DNA of 64,000 bases from Antedon mediterranea (Eukaryota; Animalia; Echinodermata): positions 35,660,304 to 35,724,303 of the forward strand of contig NC_092671.1 of assembly GCF_964355755.1 (NCBI RefSeq). The letters are read 5' to 3'. Below the pieces are notes generated by a model. That model ran no database searches. It saw only the letters and a program-made list of their open reading frames with translations, and had not been told where the DNA came from. The number at the start of each line of letters is the position of its first letter. The stretch's first letter is position 1. A program made the translations under genes and the position numbers. Of this stretch, positions 26,180-39,638 are shown one piece after another.

Positions 26180-26725
26180 GGGATTTGACCATTATGTATC
26201 TATAATGCCGATCATTCATACGGTACATATTGCTGAAGAAAGGAAATGTTTCAGAGATGATGATATGTCTGTCCGCCACTGTGATGAGTAGAATAGTAGT
26301 ATACTATCTATAATTTAAGATCTAAAACAAGAATAATGAAGATTAATGAAATCAGATTTGAATAAGCCATTTTTTAGTTTTAAGTTAATCATTTTAACAG
26401 AAAAAAAGCGAAAAAAATGTTTTCACTTATAAAAAGACAACCAATTTTGACTTTTTTGTTTTAAATTAAAATTAGGATTTGACTGTTACTGTATGTGTCC
26501 ATAATGCTGATCATACATACTGTACATATTGCTGAAAGGAAATGTTTCAAAAATACTATATTATGATACTGTATTATAGGTCTGCCACTGTGATGAGTAG
26601 GATATTATGATTAATGAAATCAGATTGTAAATAGGCCATTTTTTAGTTTTAAGTTAATCACTTCCACGGAAAAAAAAAACACTTATAAAAAGACAACCAA
26701 TTTTGACCCTTTTGCTTTAAATTAC
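26180..26725. repeat. Diverged ~295-bp tandem duplication including part of a K1 MITE
   Basis: GGATTTGAC...ACATATTGCTGAA...GCCACTGTGATGAGTAG...GATTAATGAAATCAGATT...CACTTATAAAAAGACAACCAATTTTGAC occurs twice. Confidence 0.8.
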
Positions 26726-27744
26726 TGTCTTTTCATGTAAATACCGAAAAATTTCATCAAAAAATATTCTTAGTGCTATAAATCAAATTAATTTTTTTAA
26801 ATTGAGAAAAATAGTTAGCAATCATTTTCCCCTTATTTTGTAATCGATCCAATTATTAGTCAAAAGTGAATAACTATTTAATGGAACATAAAAATGCCAT
26901 ATTCAACAAAAATACATATTTGAAAAAAATAATTTTTTAGGCAGACAATATATTTTTAAAGTGATTTATATCCAGTTATAAGGATGATTTGTATGTTGAA
27001 TATTCTTGTTTTTGTGTTTTAAAAGTTCATTTGAAGTTTGTTAAAATTTTTCACAGCTTTTTTTGTTTCTGTGAAGGTTACTGTACATACAAACATTGAT
27101 TTTTATGATTCATGTAGTCAGTTTATAGTGTGAAGAACCTCATATCATTTTGTTTAAATTTTCCCTTAAGATATACGGTACAAAAAAAAAAGCATTACAG
27201 GCTTATATAGATTTATTTGATATGATGTTTTCATAGTAAACAACATGCATTCAATAATGTCTTTTAGCTACACGTGATAGTAGCTCTGACCAGGTGTAAT
27301 TTTATTGATGTAAAAGTTTAATCATTTTGACACAAAAGTTGTGCCATAGGCCAACTTGGCTTGGTAGAAATAATAATGGTAAACTAATGAAGCTAGTATA
27401 TTGGTTGGATTATTCGTATTATGAGAAATACATTATAATCAATACTTGAATACAACATCTGATAAAGTTCTAATTCTTTTTACAGTATTCCGATTTTTTT
27501 CCTGTTTTTTTACCGATTACCAATTAATTAACCTATCCTATGTTTTTGTTTATATATTCAATCTCACTTCTTCCTACGTTATAATTAAACATTATTAATT
27601 AAATGTAATTCATGAACGTTATTTATTCTCTATTTTAGATAAATATCCATAGAGAGAGAGAGCACATACTATAGCACATACTACAAATAAATGTATTCTG
27701 AGAAGTATCAGACTAAATATATAATATAAAGTGTTTTTTTTTTT

Positions 27745-27848
27745 ATATAATTTGCAGTACACCACGTATGTTAATTCTGAAAGTCTTGATAGTTGTGGAT
27801 ATACTGCAAACTTATAAACATTTGATTTCACCATGCAAACCTTCAAAC
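27745..27848. mobile_element. Family C fragments in inverted arrangement
   Basis: TTTGCAGTACACCACGTATGTTAATTCTGAAA (minus orientation) then ...GCAAACTTATAAACATTTGATTTCACCATGCAAACCTTCAAACA (plus orientation). Confidence 0.6.
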
Positions 27849-28264
27849 AATTATATTTAAAGTGTGTTTTTGTTTCTATACAGCCTATAACTATATATTT
27901 ACTAATATAATTGGGATAACATTAATAATATCATGGAGGCATTGAAGGCCTTACTTTTACATGAACTACAATGTGATTTTAGTGATTCAACTGAATCGTG
28001 AACTACAATTTATTTGTTTTAGCCTAGATATTCAACTAATCAATAAAGGCCTTTACTTTACGTGAAATAAAATTTGTTTCACTAATTGAACTAATTATTT
28101 ATGCTATTTATTAATCATTTTATCAAATTTAGGTGCGATTCAATGTTACTGTAGGAGGCTAATTGAACTAATTATTTATTCTATTTATTAATCTTTTAAT
28201 CAAATTTAGGTGCAAAACATCACAAAATAAACATGCATTACTCATCAGTCATATGCATACTGTA

Positions 28265-28368
28265 GGTGTCACCCGGGCTTCAATTTCCAGAGGCGTTGGT
28301 CACGTTTTCGATAACCATTTGGGTACACCCACTAGAGGGTGCGCGAGCGAAGCGAGTGAACCCTCTAG
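28265..28368 (+). mobile_element. Helitron 3' terminus
   Basis: GC-rich hairpin AGAGGGT...GCGAGCGAAGCGAG...ACCCTCT ending in CTAG followed by T. Confidence 0.6.
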
Positions 28369-28369
28369 T

Positions 28370-28742
28370 AATCTATAATTGATAGATTAATAATTTTAGA
28401 TTTAATGTTATACAATCATTGCAGGTATAGATTAGTGTAGGTCACCAATTCATATCAGATCTTGCTTTTAATGCATTAATTTATATTTACAGTAATCAAT
28501 TATCTATAATTGATAGATTAAAAATTTTAAATTCAATGTTATACAATAATTGCAGGTGTATAAGATTAGTGTAGGTCACCAACTAATATAGATTTCATAT
28601 CAAATCTTGCTTTAAATACATTAAATTATATTCAAAGGAATCAATAATACATAATTGATAGATTAATAATTTTAGATTTAATGTTATATAATAATTGCAG
28701 GTGTATAGATTAGTGTAGGTCACCAAAATATAGATTTCATAT
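28370..28742. repeat. ~130-bp tandem repeat x3
   Basis: ATAATTGATAGATTAA...TGCAGGT...GATTAGTGTAGGTCACCAA occurs three times. Confidence 0.9.
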
Positions 28743-29307
28743 CTGTCATCACATTATGGTAATTAATAGCTTATTAATCATCATTGATCTTCAAAATTCA
28801 ATTACTCAAAGTATTACTGGGTATCCTTGAATTCTTCAACTCCATATTCATAATAATGCTATATTTCCGTTAGGATCATACACAGTAAGAGGATTTCCCC
28901 AATTCTACCCAGAAGCACTGAGACGTTAACAGCAGCCATCCATCTACCGTATCTTTTTCTTCCATGCGGCGTGAGATTTAGGTCGGTCAATAAACCAAGG
29001 CAAACAAGAAATCCATTCACTATTTTAAAGTCCATTCTTTTGTATTTGTGATTATGAAAAATCATTTATGTAGAATTACTGTATAGTGGAAGGTATTTAA
29101 TCTGTGGATATAAAAGTTACCTTGACTAACTCTAGGTTAAAAATTGAATTTGATGGATAGCGTAGAAACGTAAATATGGTGGCATGGTGCATTATTGATG
29201 CTACAGTATTTATATGATTAAAACTTTGTTGTTGCTGGTATGAATAGTTAGGCAAAATATTAGATGCCTGTGTACTGAACTTTTCCTGTAGTTTTGTAGT
29301 TTTAATA

Positions 29308-29450
29308 CACTGAGGAAAAGGACTAGTGTTATCTGAAAGCTTAGTAATTTTGTTTTCTAGTTCTTTTATCGTTTTTGTTTGAGCTTTTTGTTCATATTTT
29401 TGGTTTTTATTTCCATTGAGATCTACCCATAGTATTATTATTTTTTCAAT
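29308..29450 (+). mobile_element. Family A Penelope-like fragment, copy 2
   Basis: CTGAGGA...GGACTAGTGTTATCT-GAAAGCTT; homologous to the reverse complement of 10222-10370. Confidence 0.55.
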
Positions 29451-29463
29451 AGTTTTCCTTTGG

Positions 29464-29497
<34 letters not shown>

Positions 29498-29605
29498 ACA
29501 ACAGGCATAGAAATAAATTCCAAACCGCCCGGTGATACACTGAAAATTATTTAATTAATTTTTGAAACGATAAAGATGAGGAAATCTGTGAGAATGAGAA
29601 AAAGT

Positions 29606-29676
29606 CGCCCCAACCGAGACTCAAACTCGGACCGTCTGCTTGATATGCAGTTGCCCAACCATTAGACCACTGGGGC
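29606..29676 (-). ncRNA. tRNA-like cloverleaf, copy 1 (1-nt D-loop deletion)
   Basis: GCCCCAG/TTGGGGC acceptor stem, CCGAG/CTCGG T-stem, followed by ACTTTTT. Confidence 0.6.
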
Positions 29677-29976
29677 TTTCATGGTATTGTTCTTTAACTC
29701 GATCGGATAACGACCTTTTAACATTCTCGGCGTGGTACGGTTGGAACACAACTAGTCCTCAGTTGTACGCACGCGCACCAGAGATCAAATTGATACGTCC
29801 TCATCTATAATTCAGTATATTTATTCACTAAGCGGGATCTCGAGAGATACTTTTATATATATATAAACACAACAGGCATAGAAATAAATTCCAAACCGCC
29901 TGTTGATACACTGAAAATTATTTAATTAATTTTTGAAACGATAAAGATGAGGAAATCTGTGAGAATGAGAAAAAGT

Positions 29977-30048
29977 CGCCCCAACCGAGACTCAAACTCG
30001 AACCGTCTGCTTGATATGCAGTTGCCCTAACCATTAGACCACTGGGGC
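29977..30048 (-). ncRNA. 72-nt tRNA-like cloverleaf, copy 2 (ATC in anticodon position; probably not a translational tRNA)
   Basis: GCCCCAG TG GTCT AATGGTTA GGGC A ACTGC ATATCAA GCAGA CGGT TCGAG TTTGAGT CTCGG TTGGGGC G; atypical A32 and TTT T-loop. Confidence 0.6.
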
Positions 30049-33000
30049 TTTCATGGTATTGTTCTTTAACTCGATCGGATAACGACCCTTTAACATTCTC
30101 GGCGTGGTACGGTTGGAACACAACTAGTCCTCAGTTGTACGCACGCGCACCAGAGATCAAATTGATACGCCTTCATCTATAATTCAGTATATTTATTCAC
30201 TAAGCGGGATCTCGAGAGATACTTTTATATATATATAAACACAACAGGCATAGAAGTAAATTCCAAACCACCCGGTGATACACTGAAAATTATTTATTAT
30301 ATATATATATATATAAATATATTATGAATTGAATAAAAAAATATCATTAGTTTAATTATGATATTTTTGTTATAAAACTCATTTTTCACAGTACTGTAAA
30401 CCATAGTTTAAACTCAAAATGAGATGCATTGTTCCATTTATATATTCATTATATTATTATAGATTTAATGCATTAATTTACAATTCTTTAAATTGAAGCA
30501 AAAAAAATTACCATAGATTTAAATTACAATTTTGTATCCTGCAGTGTTTTTTTTTACAATTTTGAATTTTCAGTTTTCTTTTTATATAGGAGAAATATTG
30601 TTGGTTTATCTAAATATGTTTAAATTAGTATACAGTTACTTTTCACTAATTGTTTGAACTTTAAGAACAGTTTGTGTAATGTAAACTAAAAGACTGAATG
30701 TAATGGCATCTTATGCAGAAAACTAGAGTTCCCAATCAACGGCTTAGCCAGTGTGCTGTCCAGCCATCTTTTGGACGGCCAAACATGAGTTAGGACGGTC
30801 GATTTTAGAAAGGTGACTTGGAAGGCCTAGGCCTAGGAGAGCCTAAGTTATCATCTAAGCTTGTTTAATTAGGATAAAAACTCACTTCAATAACTCATTG
30901 CCAATAAATGTTTTAAACCATTATATTGTAAAATCCCAATCTTTGTTGACTGCTTCTTTCACTCTCCTATTTATGTCATAAACTATTCTACATATTTATG
31001 TAAATTTGAATTAAACGTTTGCCATTTCTTTTTAACAGTTTCTCTCTTTCAATTTCAATATTACGCTGTATAATAAGTTTCTCGTCAATAAATCTTTGAA
31101 CTAGTTATTTGGTCATTATTGACGGTGTGCTATGATGTATACAGTAATGTACGCTTTCTATGTTTGCTTTTAAAAGCTATGTTAATTCTTAGGAGATTTG
31201 CAGTAAAGCCCATTCCCAACACTAATGTTTCTGCTCATAATAAAAGAAACTACAATTAGAATTTCTTTTTTATTAAAACTCGGTCATTCACTAGTAGTAA
31301 CTGTGAAGTTTGAAGTTAGTATTTTGAACTAGATTTAAATCTGGTAAAGATTCTAAATATCTTGTGTGTGTGTATGTGATATATTTCATGCGTTTTATAT
31401 ACTTAACTTTCATATTAATAATTCGCAGTAAACTGTACATTTGATGAATATTGTCATTGCGTTTTATGCAAATTATCGCATATGATGATTATTATTCTTC
31501 TGTTTCTTTTTGTGATACCCTCAAGCACTTTTATAAAAAAAATTAATTTGGATTTTAAAAAGCAGTACTGTACGTGCATGTGATTCTGTCATTTCCAAAA
31601 TATTCATATACGCTAGAAATTAATTATGCCATTATAAGGATAAAACTATAGTCATTTTTTAATATATATATTTTTATTAAACAAAATATAAATCTACATT
31701 ATCAGTTAGATATAGTTTTACATTTGAGTATAGTATCTAAAATATGCTTACTTAATATATTTTATTATATTTATTTTAATATGATTTTTTTCATATTATA
31801 TGATATTTACTAACAAACAAAATGCCAGTAATATTTGTCAATTTGTTCAATACAGTATTACCAAATTTTATTTTAAAAATAAATAAATAAAAGTGTAACT
31901 GACCATATTCATAATTTACTTAAACTTGGTTTCCAATGCAACCCACTGTGCCTACCGTAAATAATGTGACAAGTTTCATTGGGTCAGCACTATGGCTTTG
32001 TGGTTGATGTAGTTCCTTAAATCTCTGGATCCCTGAATCAAATTCTGACAGCCAATTCATATTCATTACCACTACATACCATTACCTAACCCTCATAAAA
32101 GGCTTAGGATGCCCATCCTGTAATTGGCAAGTCATGTAATTTGTTGTATGTTAGATAGTGTGGCAATAAAAACAAGACTTTACTTTCTAATCGTAAATTT
32201 CACAAATTAGCTCGGCACGCTGGTGTAGCTAATTACTTCACGCATATCAAGGCCCTTCTCAAAGTACGCAAGAATCCTTGTACACCAAATGTAATAAACC
32301 TAGTATAAATGACCGAAATCTAATTTTACTGCTCCAAGTGCCCTTTTACATCTCAGTTGCCATGACAATGATCTTCGATTACGCTACTGTTATTTATTAT
32401 CAATTACATCCAAGTACTTTGGTATCTGGCATTGCCAGTATCTCTGAGTAAACTTGAGCCTTTTAAAGATCGTTTGATTTCTTCCACGAATGCGCAATTT
32501 ACAACCGTGCCAAGTGTGTCATTTTAGGACCTAGAACTTGTTTTATTAAAAAATGCAATTCCATTGATTATCTTTAACAGGATAATGTCAAGCAAGTATA
32601 GCTTGCACATTCAGTGAACCGCATTTATGATGTTTTAAAGCTTGTTTTAAGTTTCTAAATAAAGTACATTCAACCAGGTGCAGTTCATGTATACTTTTTA
32701 TGACCCTGATCATACTGGTACTATAATTATAGTATTCTGTTGTACTTGTAATAATAATGTAGAAACAGTAACCTACAATGTTTCACACAAGGAGTGGAGT
32801 GGTCAAAAGCCCATTTGGAACATATTGACATCAACATTAAATCATATCAACCCATTTTTAGTATTAATTATGAACATATTCTAATGTGTCAATGATTATT
32901 AAGAAACTTGACAAGTATGGCTTTAAGCAAAGGTACTGTATATTACTAGGAATTAAATGATTTGTGTTGATCTAAAAACTAGTTATGTCATGTTATTCAT

Positions 33001-33542
33001 TGTATGAATGCAGACAAATTTAAACATCCCATGTCTGAACCTTTTTCCTGATTTACAGTTTTGCCAGATTCATGGTTCAAGGTGCTTTTGGTTTGTGATG
33101 ACCAATCTAGAATGAAAAGCTCTCTATTTATGTGATACACCTTTCAAAGTAGTATAAACTGGTTAACTACAAATAGGTAAATACAAAGAAAAAGTATTGA
33201 AAATTGAATTTTTTTATACTTTCTCTTCAGAATATGCAAAATATGAGCTTCATTGTTCCAACAAAAAAGATATATATACTTGGCACAAGCCATGAACATC
33301 ATTTTTTTTAAAGCTTTCTTTCACAGAAGTAATGTTGGATAGTAAATTGACTTTTCTATTAAATATACTCCTAAGGCTTTTTCTATGAAATTGCAAGTTC
33401 ATTTTGCCTGCTGTAGTAATGTTTTTAAATGCCACAGAGTATTGTAATATGTTATACTTGTTTTAAGAAGGTTCAGTGTTCATTTTTCAAATGGATTTAT
33501 TCAATTCTTAGAGTATGTAAATGTTTATTATTGATATTCTGT

Positions 33543-33809
33543 GACTCCTTGTTTTTGAGACCCAGACTCCTTGTTTTTGAGATCCAGACTCCTTGTTTGT
33601 GAGATCCAGAGTCCATGTTTGTGAGATCCAGACTCATTGTTTCTGAGATCCAGACTCATTGTATGTGACATCCAGACTCATTGTTTGTGAGATCATGACT
33701 CCTTGTTTGTGATATCCTGACTCCTTATTTGTGAAATCCAGACTCCTTATTTGTGAGATCCAGACTCCTTATTTGGGAGATCCAGACTCCTTGTTTGGGA
33801 GATCCAGAC
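33543..33809. repeat. 22-bp minisatellite (GAGATCCAGACTCCTTGTTTGT)n, about 12 units
   Basis: Direct inspection. Confidence 0.95.
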
Positions 33810-34144
33810 ACATCAAATGGCACCACTTTACATAAAATACTATTATAATCATTTCTGTATGTTTATCACATTGCAAATCACATGTATTTATAAAATGAGA
33901 ATATATTATACAAGTCAAAGCCTTTATACTTTGAACTACTCCAAGGCTAGATTAAAAATCTTACAATTTAAAGCTTATTTTGTTTAGCTCGATGCATTTT
34001 TCTTGACAAGTGTCCATTTTGCATGTTTTTCAGAATGTCATTCCTTCAGCTAATCCCTGCCTTATTATCTTGATGTTAAAAAAGCAATTTGTTTATATAC
34101 TTACAGTATATATGGAGAAACATTTTCATAGTTCATGACTTATA

Positions 34145-34534
34145 GGTCAAATTGTAATGGTCATCTAAAGGAAGGGTTATGTCAACATGAAACCCAACTC
34201 AACTGGTCAACTTGGAAGTTCCAAGCAATCTGAACACAACTCAAAGTAACCCACTGCAAGTGAAAGATATGAGTTCAGTTGAGTTGCTTTCAATTGAACA
34301 TAACTTTAAATCACAATGCTAATGTGGTATGAGTAACCTCAACTAGGCTTGAACAGTTTTATGTTGACCAAAGCACTTGCTAACACTATTTCTTCTATCT
34401 AGGTACAATCAGTTTAATGTTGACATGACCGCTTGCACAATTGATCTTTTCAGTTCTCTTTAGTTCTGTTCAGTTGGTCAAATAGTTGACATGAATGCTC
34501 TTACTTTCAAATAAGTTGAGTTCCATTTTGACCT
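34145..34534. mobile_element. Degenerate Harbinger-like MITE
   Basis: AGGTCAAAT / ATTTTGACCT ends; internal ATGTCAACAT/ATGTTGACAT and CAACTCAACTG/CAGTTGAGTTG inverted motifs. Confidence 0.45.
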
Positions 34535-35295
34535 TAAGCATACCTTAATATTCAAGTTGGAAAATATGGTTCTGGTTACTTCTTTGAAAAGGCACATAGC
34601 AAATCCAGAAGGTGCTTGCTTTCTGCGCTCAAATAAAAATCACAACTACTGATGTGCAATCCTTAGAAAAGTGTACTAACATGGAACAAATTCTTTTCTG
34701 TAGTTTAAAAACATGTATAGTACTAAAAAGTTATTGAGAAAGTTTGTGAAGCACGTGTTTGGCGCAAGTTATTAGAGTAGGGATTTTATGGTATGCACTA
34801 GACGTAAACATTTTGACTGTCAAGATATCCACATCACTTGCATGTTTCTATATAAATTGTAACTAGGTCTATGTCGTGAACTTTCATTAAAATTTGTACG
34901 TTTTTACATCTGAATATCGTCCATATTTTCTCAAATGAAAATTATTTGCCACTAGCAGGATTTTTATGTGGATTACTATTTCTGTCATTTTGGCTACTAT
35001 AGATTTTCCACAAACATAAAATTTAATTTTTCTTGGTAAAACAGAATGTATCAGAGTTATCTGAAAATTATTGTTTTTCTATGTTGACTTCAGTAGCACA
35101 ACACTACATTTTAAAGTTTAACTTTATATTTTCAACAACAAAAAACAGATTAGTTTTTATGATTAGGTTTAAAATCGAAACTCTTCAGTTGGATGCTACT
35201 GTAGCAATTTTAAAGGTGCAATCCAATACATTTTGCAAAATCATTATAAACATTGTTAATCCTTTCAGTATTACAGCAATATTAATTTAACTATA

Positions 35296-35431
35296 AGTTC
35301 TGTCTACACTATCAAACTAGTTTGACAAAAAAAGTGTGGTAGTGATATGGCCAAATATGGTAGTGTGATGAAATCATCATGTCCATGGGCACATTTTTTG
35401 TAACATAAAGTTTGATAGTGTGGACAGAGCT
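35296..35431. mobile_element. Harbinger-like MITE family H1 copy
   Basis: AGTTCTGTCTACACTATCAAACT ... AGTTTGATAGTGTGGACAGAGCT. Confidence 0.85.
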
Positions 35432-38196
35432 TTAAATAAGAAAATTAGATTTGTCTTGCACAGAAAAAAAGTAAGAACCATGTTTTTTTCGTTCTCATAG
35501 AATAGCACTTTTTCCAATATGTGTTTTTCTCTATTAAAATGTTTATGTCATTTGAAATTTATCATGGTTTATCATTTTAAGTTCATGTATCTAAAACGGT
35601 TTTTAATGGTTTGCGTGGCTTTACATATAATCTCTGACATTTGCCAAATGTGGCAATTATATCCAACCCTAACATATGATGATCTGTAAAGGTATGAAAT
35701 GCTTAAATCTCTTATACAGCTCCTGTCTTTTATTGAACTTTTTATTAACTTTCATCTGAACAAAGGCTATTAATTCTGTATCATATAAAAGGACACAAAA
35801 TCAGGATGAAGAAATAAGGATTTTAAATAATCTTTCATAATCTTTCTATATATCTCCTTTATCTTCTTTATAATTTTGGCAATACTAATGTAGAATCTTC
35901 AACAATCCATGGCTTACTAACTGTATGACAAAGAACAAAGAACATTAATGAATTTCATATGGCATAATAGCGATGAAATTATTATAAAGAAATGGAGATT
36001 TTACTAAGTATCATCTGTAATATCTTTTTCTCTTTATAATAAAGCCATACCTGTAGATCTATAATAATTTAAGACATTTAAAAAATCTTTTAATTGACAT
36101 TAAAAAAGAAACAGAAACCTTTTAGAACGTGAGCAGTAGATTATGTCGTAGCTAACAAGTCTTACACTAATCTGTGGTGTAACGCCCAAAGCGCGCACAT
36201 GCTGGAGTAACGCTACTACTGTAGCTTATAATCAGAATTGAAGAATGTAGACTTGCATATAAAAAATAAAAATGATATTCGTCATGTCATGCATTATTAT
36301 ACATCCCATTGTTTGATCACATTTGTAGTACAGATACTCTATGTTTAGTGAACTATAAATATATTTGCTATTTCCATAACCAACAGGTATTGAAGCCCTT
36401 GGCCCAAATGCTTCCCTCTTGCATAGCTTTTAATAAATGAATAATTTAATAAACCAACGTATATATTAGAACAAAAACCATTGTGTTTTGTTGAAATATT
36501 TTCACTTCTGTGTATTGTGGAAAAGGATCGAAACGTCACAAGTACGTATTTTATCCTTTTTTGTTTTTTTTGTTCTGACAATAAACTTCCACTAATTGTG
36601 ATGACGTGATATTTCAAACCCCATAATGTTTTATTTAGTAACAAGAATTGAATTGTAAGTTGGGGGAATAAACTTTATGAAATGATATTGTCAGATGCAG
36701 ATATTTATTGTTACCTTAGCTTGAATTAATTACAATATGAGTCAAATAATGTCATATAAATGATAACGAGAGACATGTGCATCTTTAAATCAAAATGGAA
36801 TAATTGAATAATGTATTGAATATAGTTACAGAATACAATTTATCATAGAATATTATTTTAATACCACACATTTACTGTATGAATTGGTGATTTATGCAAT
36901 TATAAGGAATCTGCTATACTTATCTCAATGTGAGCAATGATGGTAATTAAAGAAAGTTCTTGAATAGATTGTTATTATAAGTTCAACTCATCTTCTGTGC
37001 TCTGTAACATATCCCATCTAATCAAAATATGTATCAAATGTTTCCCTTCTAAATCGTTTTTCATTTCAATGCTATGTCGTTTCTTTTCTACAATATCTTG
37101 TAATCAACTGTAGGTATATTCAAAACAGCATTTATGAAACATTATGGTTAAGGTTTATGTTTTTGCCATTTAGGAGTTGGATGAATCAACTTATTTTATT
37201 AGTCATGTATTATATTAATAATTGAAAACAGAATCAAATGATATGTTTGAAAATTAAAGGTGTATTTTAAAAATATTTGATATGCTTGAGTTTAGATAAA
37301 ATAAACCTAAGAAGCTAAGCATGATGTTCACATCTATATTGTGTTTGTGATCATATTCAAGGCGTGAACTTCATTTGAACTGCAACAAACTGCTGTCGAT
37401 TATCTGTCTTAGCAATGGTATGGGGGAAAAGGATACGAGAATATATATGAAGAAAAAATAGTTAAAGGAAGCATTTATAATGGTAATTAATCATGGAAGA
37501 TTATATAGAAGCTTCGTAGAGTGAGTTTTGGGTGGAGCTATTAGCTCACATCCATGTATCAATTCTTTTGAAACATCAGAAATAATGAACATCTCATCTT
37601 TTATTTCTATATTAGGCCATCGGTATACAATTATACAAGATGCCTTTCAAACTCCCTTCAATTCACATGAAAGATATTCCATCATTTTATATCACTATAA
37701 TATAAATGTATTCAATTATTAATGTTATCAAATGCAGCATATCAAATGTGTTAACAAAAAGCCAAGCAATTAAGTTAATGAAAGAGAGGATTACGAAGAA
37801 ATCTGCAAAAGCAATTTGTATAATAGATAGTTTTGCTTCTGTAATATAACGTTTTGTTGTAACTTCAAATTTCAGAATCTTTTCTTTTGTCAACGATTTT
37901 GTTTAATTCTGAATGAAAATAAATTGTGAAAAATAACTTTACAGTCAACCCTCTTCTAAATTATTTCGCACTTTAGCACATCCAAAAGATTTTGGTCAGC
38001 AAATCTGTGTTACAGCTGTGTAATAATTTATCATTCCTTTTTATACAGTAACATAGTATCTATATGAACATTCTGGAATATAAGGGTATTGTTAGAATTA
38101 AGAAAATGTCAATGTATAATATTATAATTGTAAAGAGGGAGAAGCATTTTTGATTGAAGCATATATTTTGAAGAAGTTTGTTTGATTTTGGATTGT

Positions 38197-38788
38197 AAAA
38201 GTTATTGTGAAGCTGTTGTTTAAGATGTATACTGGACTGTTGCAAGTTATTGTGAAGCTGTTGTTTAAGGTGTATACTGGACTGTTGAAAGTTATTGTGA
38301 AGCTGTGGTTTAAGGTGTATACTGGACTGTTGCAAGTTATTGTGAAGCTGTTGTTTAAGGTGTATACTGGACTGTTGAAAGTTATTGTGAAGCTGTTGTT
38401 TAAGGTGTATACTGGACTGTTGAAAGTTATTGTGAAGCTGTTGTTTAAGGTGTATACTGGACTGTTGAAAGTTATTGTGAAGCTGTTGTTTAAGGTGTAT
38501 ACTGGATTGTTGAAAGTTATTGTGAAGCTGTTGTTTAAGGTGTATACTGGACTGTTGAAAGTTATTGTGAAGCTGTTGTTTAAGGTGTATACTGGACTGT
38601 TGAAAGTTATTGTGAAGCTGTTGTTTAAGGTGTATACTGGACTGTTGAAAGTTATTGTGAAGCTGTTGTTTAAGGTGTATACTGGACTGTTGAAAGTTAT
38701 TGTGAAGCTGTGGTTTAAGGTGTATACTGGACTGTTGAAAGTTATTGTGAAGCTGTTGTTTAAGGTGTATACTGGACTGTTGAAAGTT
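38197..38788. repeat. 42-bp minisatellite, about 14 units
   Basis: AAGTTATTGTGAAGCTGTTGTTTAAGGTGTATACTGGACTGTTG array; explains the 14-aa periodic ORFs on both strands. Confidence 0.97.
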
Positions 38789-39039
38789 GAAGTTAAAGCA
38801 TTGTTTTTGAGTTATTTTACAACTTTGTGGATCTTGCCGTGGCGTTATGTTGTGCAGTGGGGTATTGTTGTACAGTTTTTCAGCATTTTTAGGCCAAACT
38901 ATATGAGGCCTATTCAAATGTAAGTGTAAATGGGGTCATTGTATCATTTTTATAGTAATTCATTTATTTAAACATTTTTATTAGAATATATTTTACTATT
39001 GATTGATTTATTGTATAAGTTCTCAACTGTACTGTAGTA

Positions 39040-39510
39040 AAAAATAGTATTAAATACTATTATGGAAACACACATTTAAAAGGTAACATAAAATAATCAA
39101 ATCGGAAATATATCGTAAAATATGATTTAAACAATAAATATGTGTAATACTTTAATGTAAAAAAAAAATATAATACTATATTTTTTTTAAATATATAAAA
39201 TTGCAATAAACCTAAACTGCAAAATGTAAGAATAAAAAAATACATTAGTTTTAGTGATTTTAAAAATAGTAGACCAAAAAAGGATTAAAAATAGTATTAA
39301 ATGGAAATACAAATTTAATGGTAAAATAAAACATGAAATCGGAAAATTATCGTAAAATATAACTTAAACAATAAATATGTGCAATCATTTAATATATATA
39401 AAAAACATATAAAACTAATGCTATATTTTAAAAAAATATATAAAACTTCAATAAACTGTAAAATGCAAGAATAATAAAATTCATTAGTATTAGTGATTTT
39501 AAAAATAGGA
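39040..39510. repeat. Diverged ~240-bp AT-rich tandem duplication
   Basis: AAAATAGTATTAAAT...AATCGGAAA...ATCGTAAAATAT...TAGTGATTTTAAAAATAG occurs twice. Confidence 0.8.
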
Positions 39511-39638
39511 ATATAGTCAAAGCATTATCTGTCCTCATTTTATATCTGACAAGATTTTTGGCTTACCATGAAGAAGAAAAACATTTGAAGGGGTGAATAT
39601 AAAATGGCCATGTAAGTGTAACCAGCGAATGTAAATAC

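Larger units (their letters stand above)
29494..30295 (-). mobile_element. (TA)n-embedded tandem element: two full ~372-bp units plus a ~60-bp partial unit
   Basis: Unit starts on + at 29494, 29865 and 30237; (TA)n at both flanks and between units; units differ at only a few positions. Confidence 0.9.

Noticed and set aside
28858-29065. 68-aa minus-strand ORF or degenerate Penelope-like end
   Set aside because: No recognisable domain, no second copy in the window, and no intact ribozyme core
29977-30048. Functional tRNA-Asp(ATC) gene
   Set aside because: Eukaryotic Asp tRNAs normally use GTC; A32, a TTT T-loop, an A-A anticodon-stem mismatch and the repeat context argue for a mimic
38060-38923. 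285-aa Q/H/N-rich and 238-aa ORFs on opposite strands
   Set aside because: Both are translations of a 42-bp minisatellite; no splice or domain support
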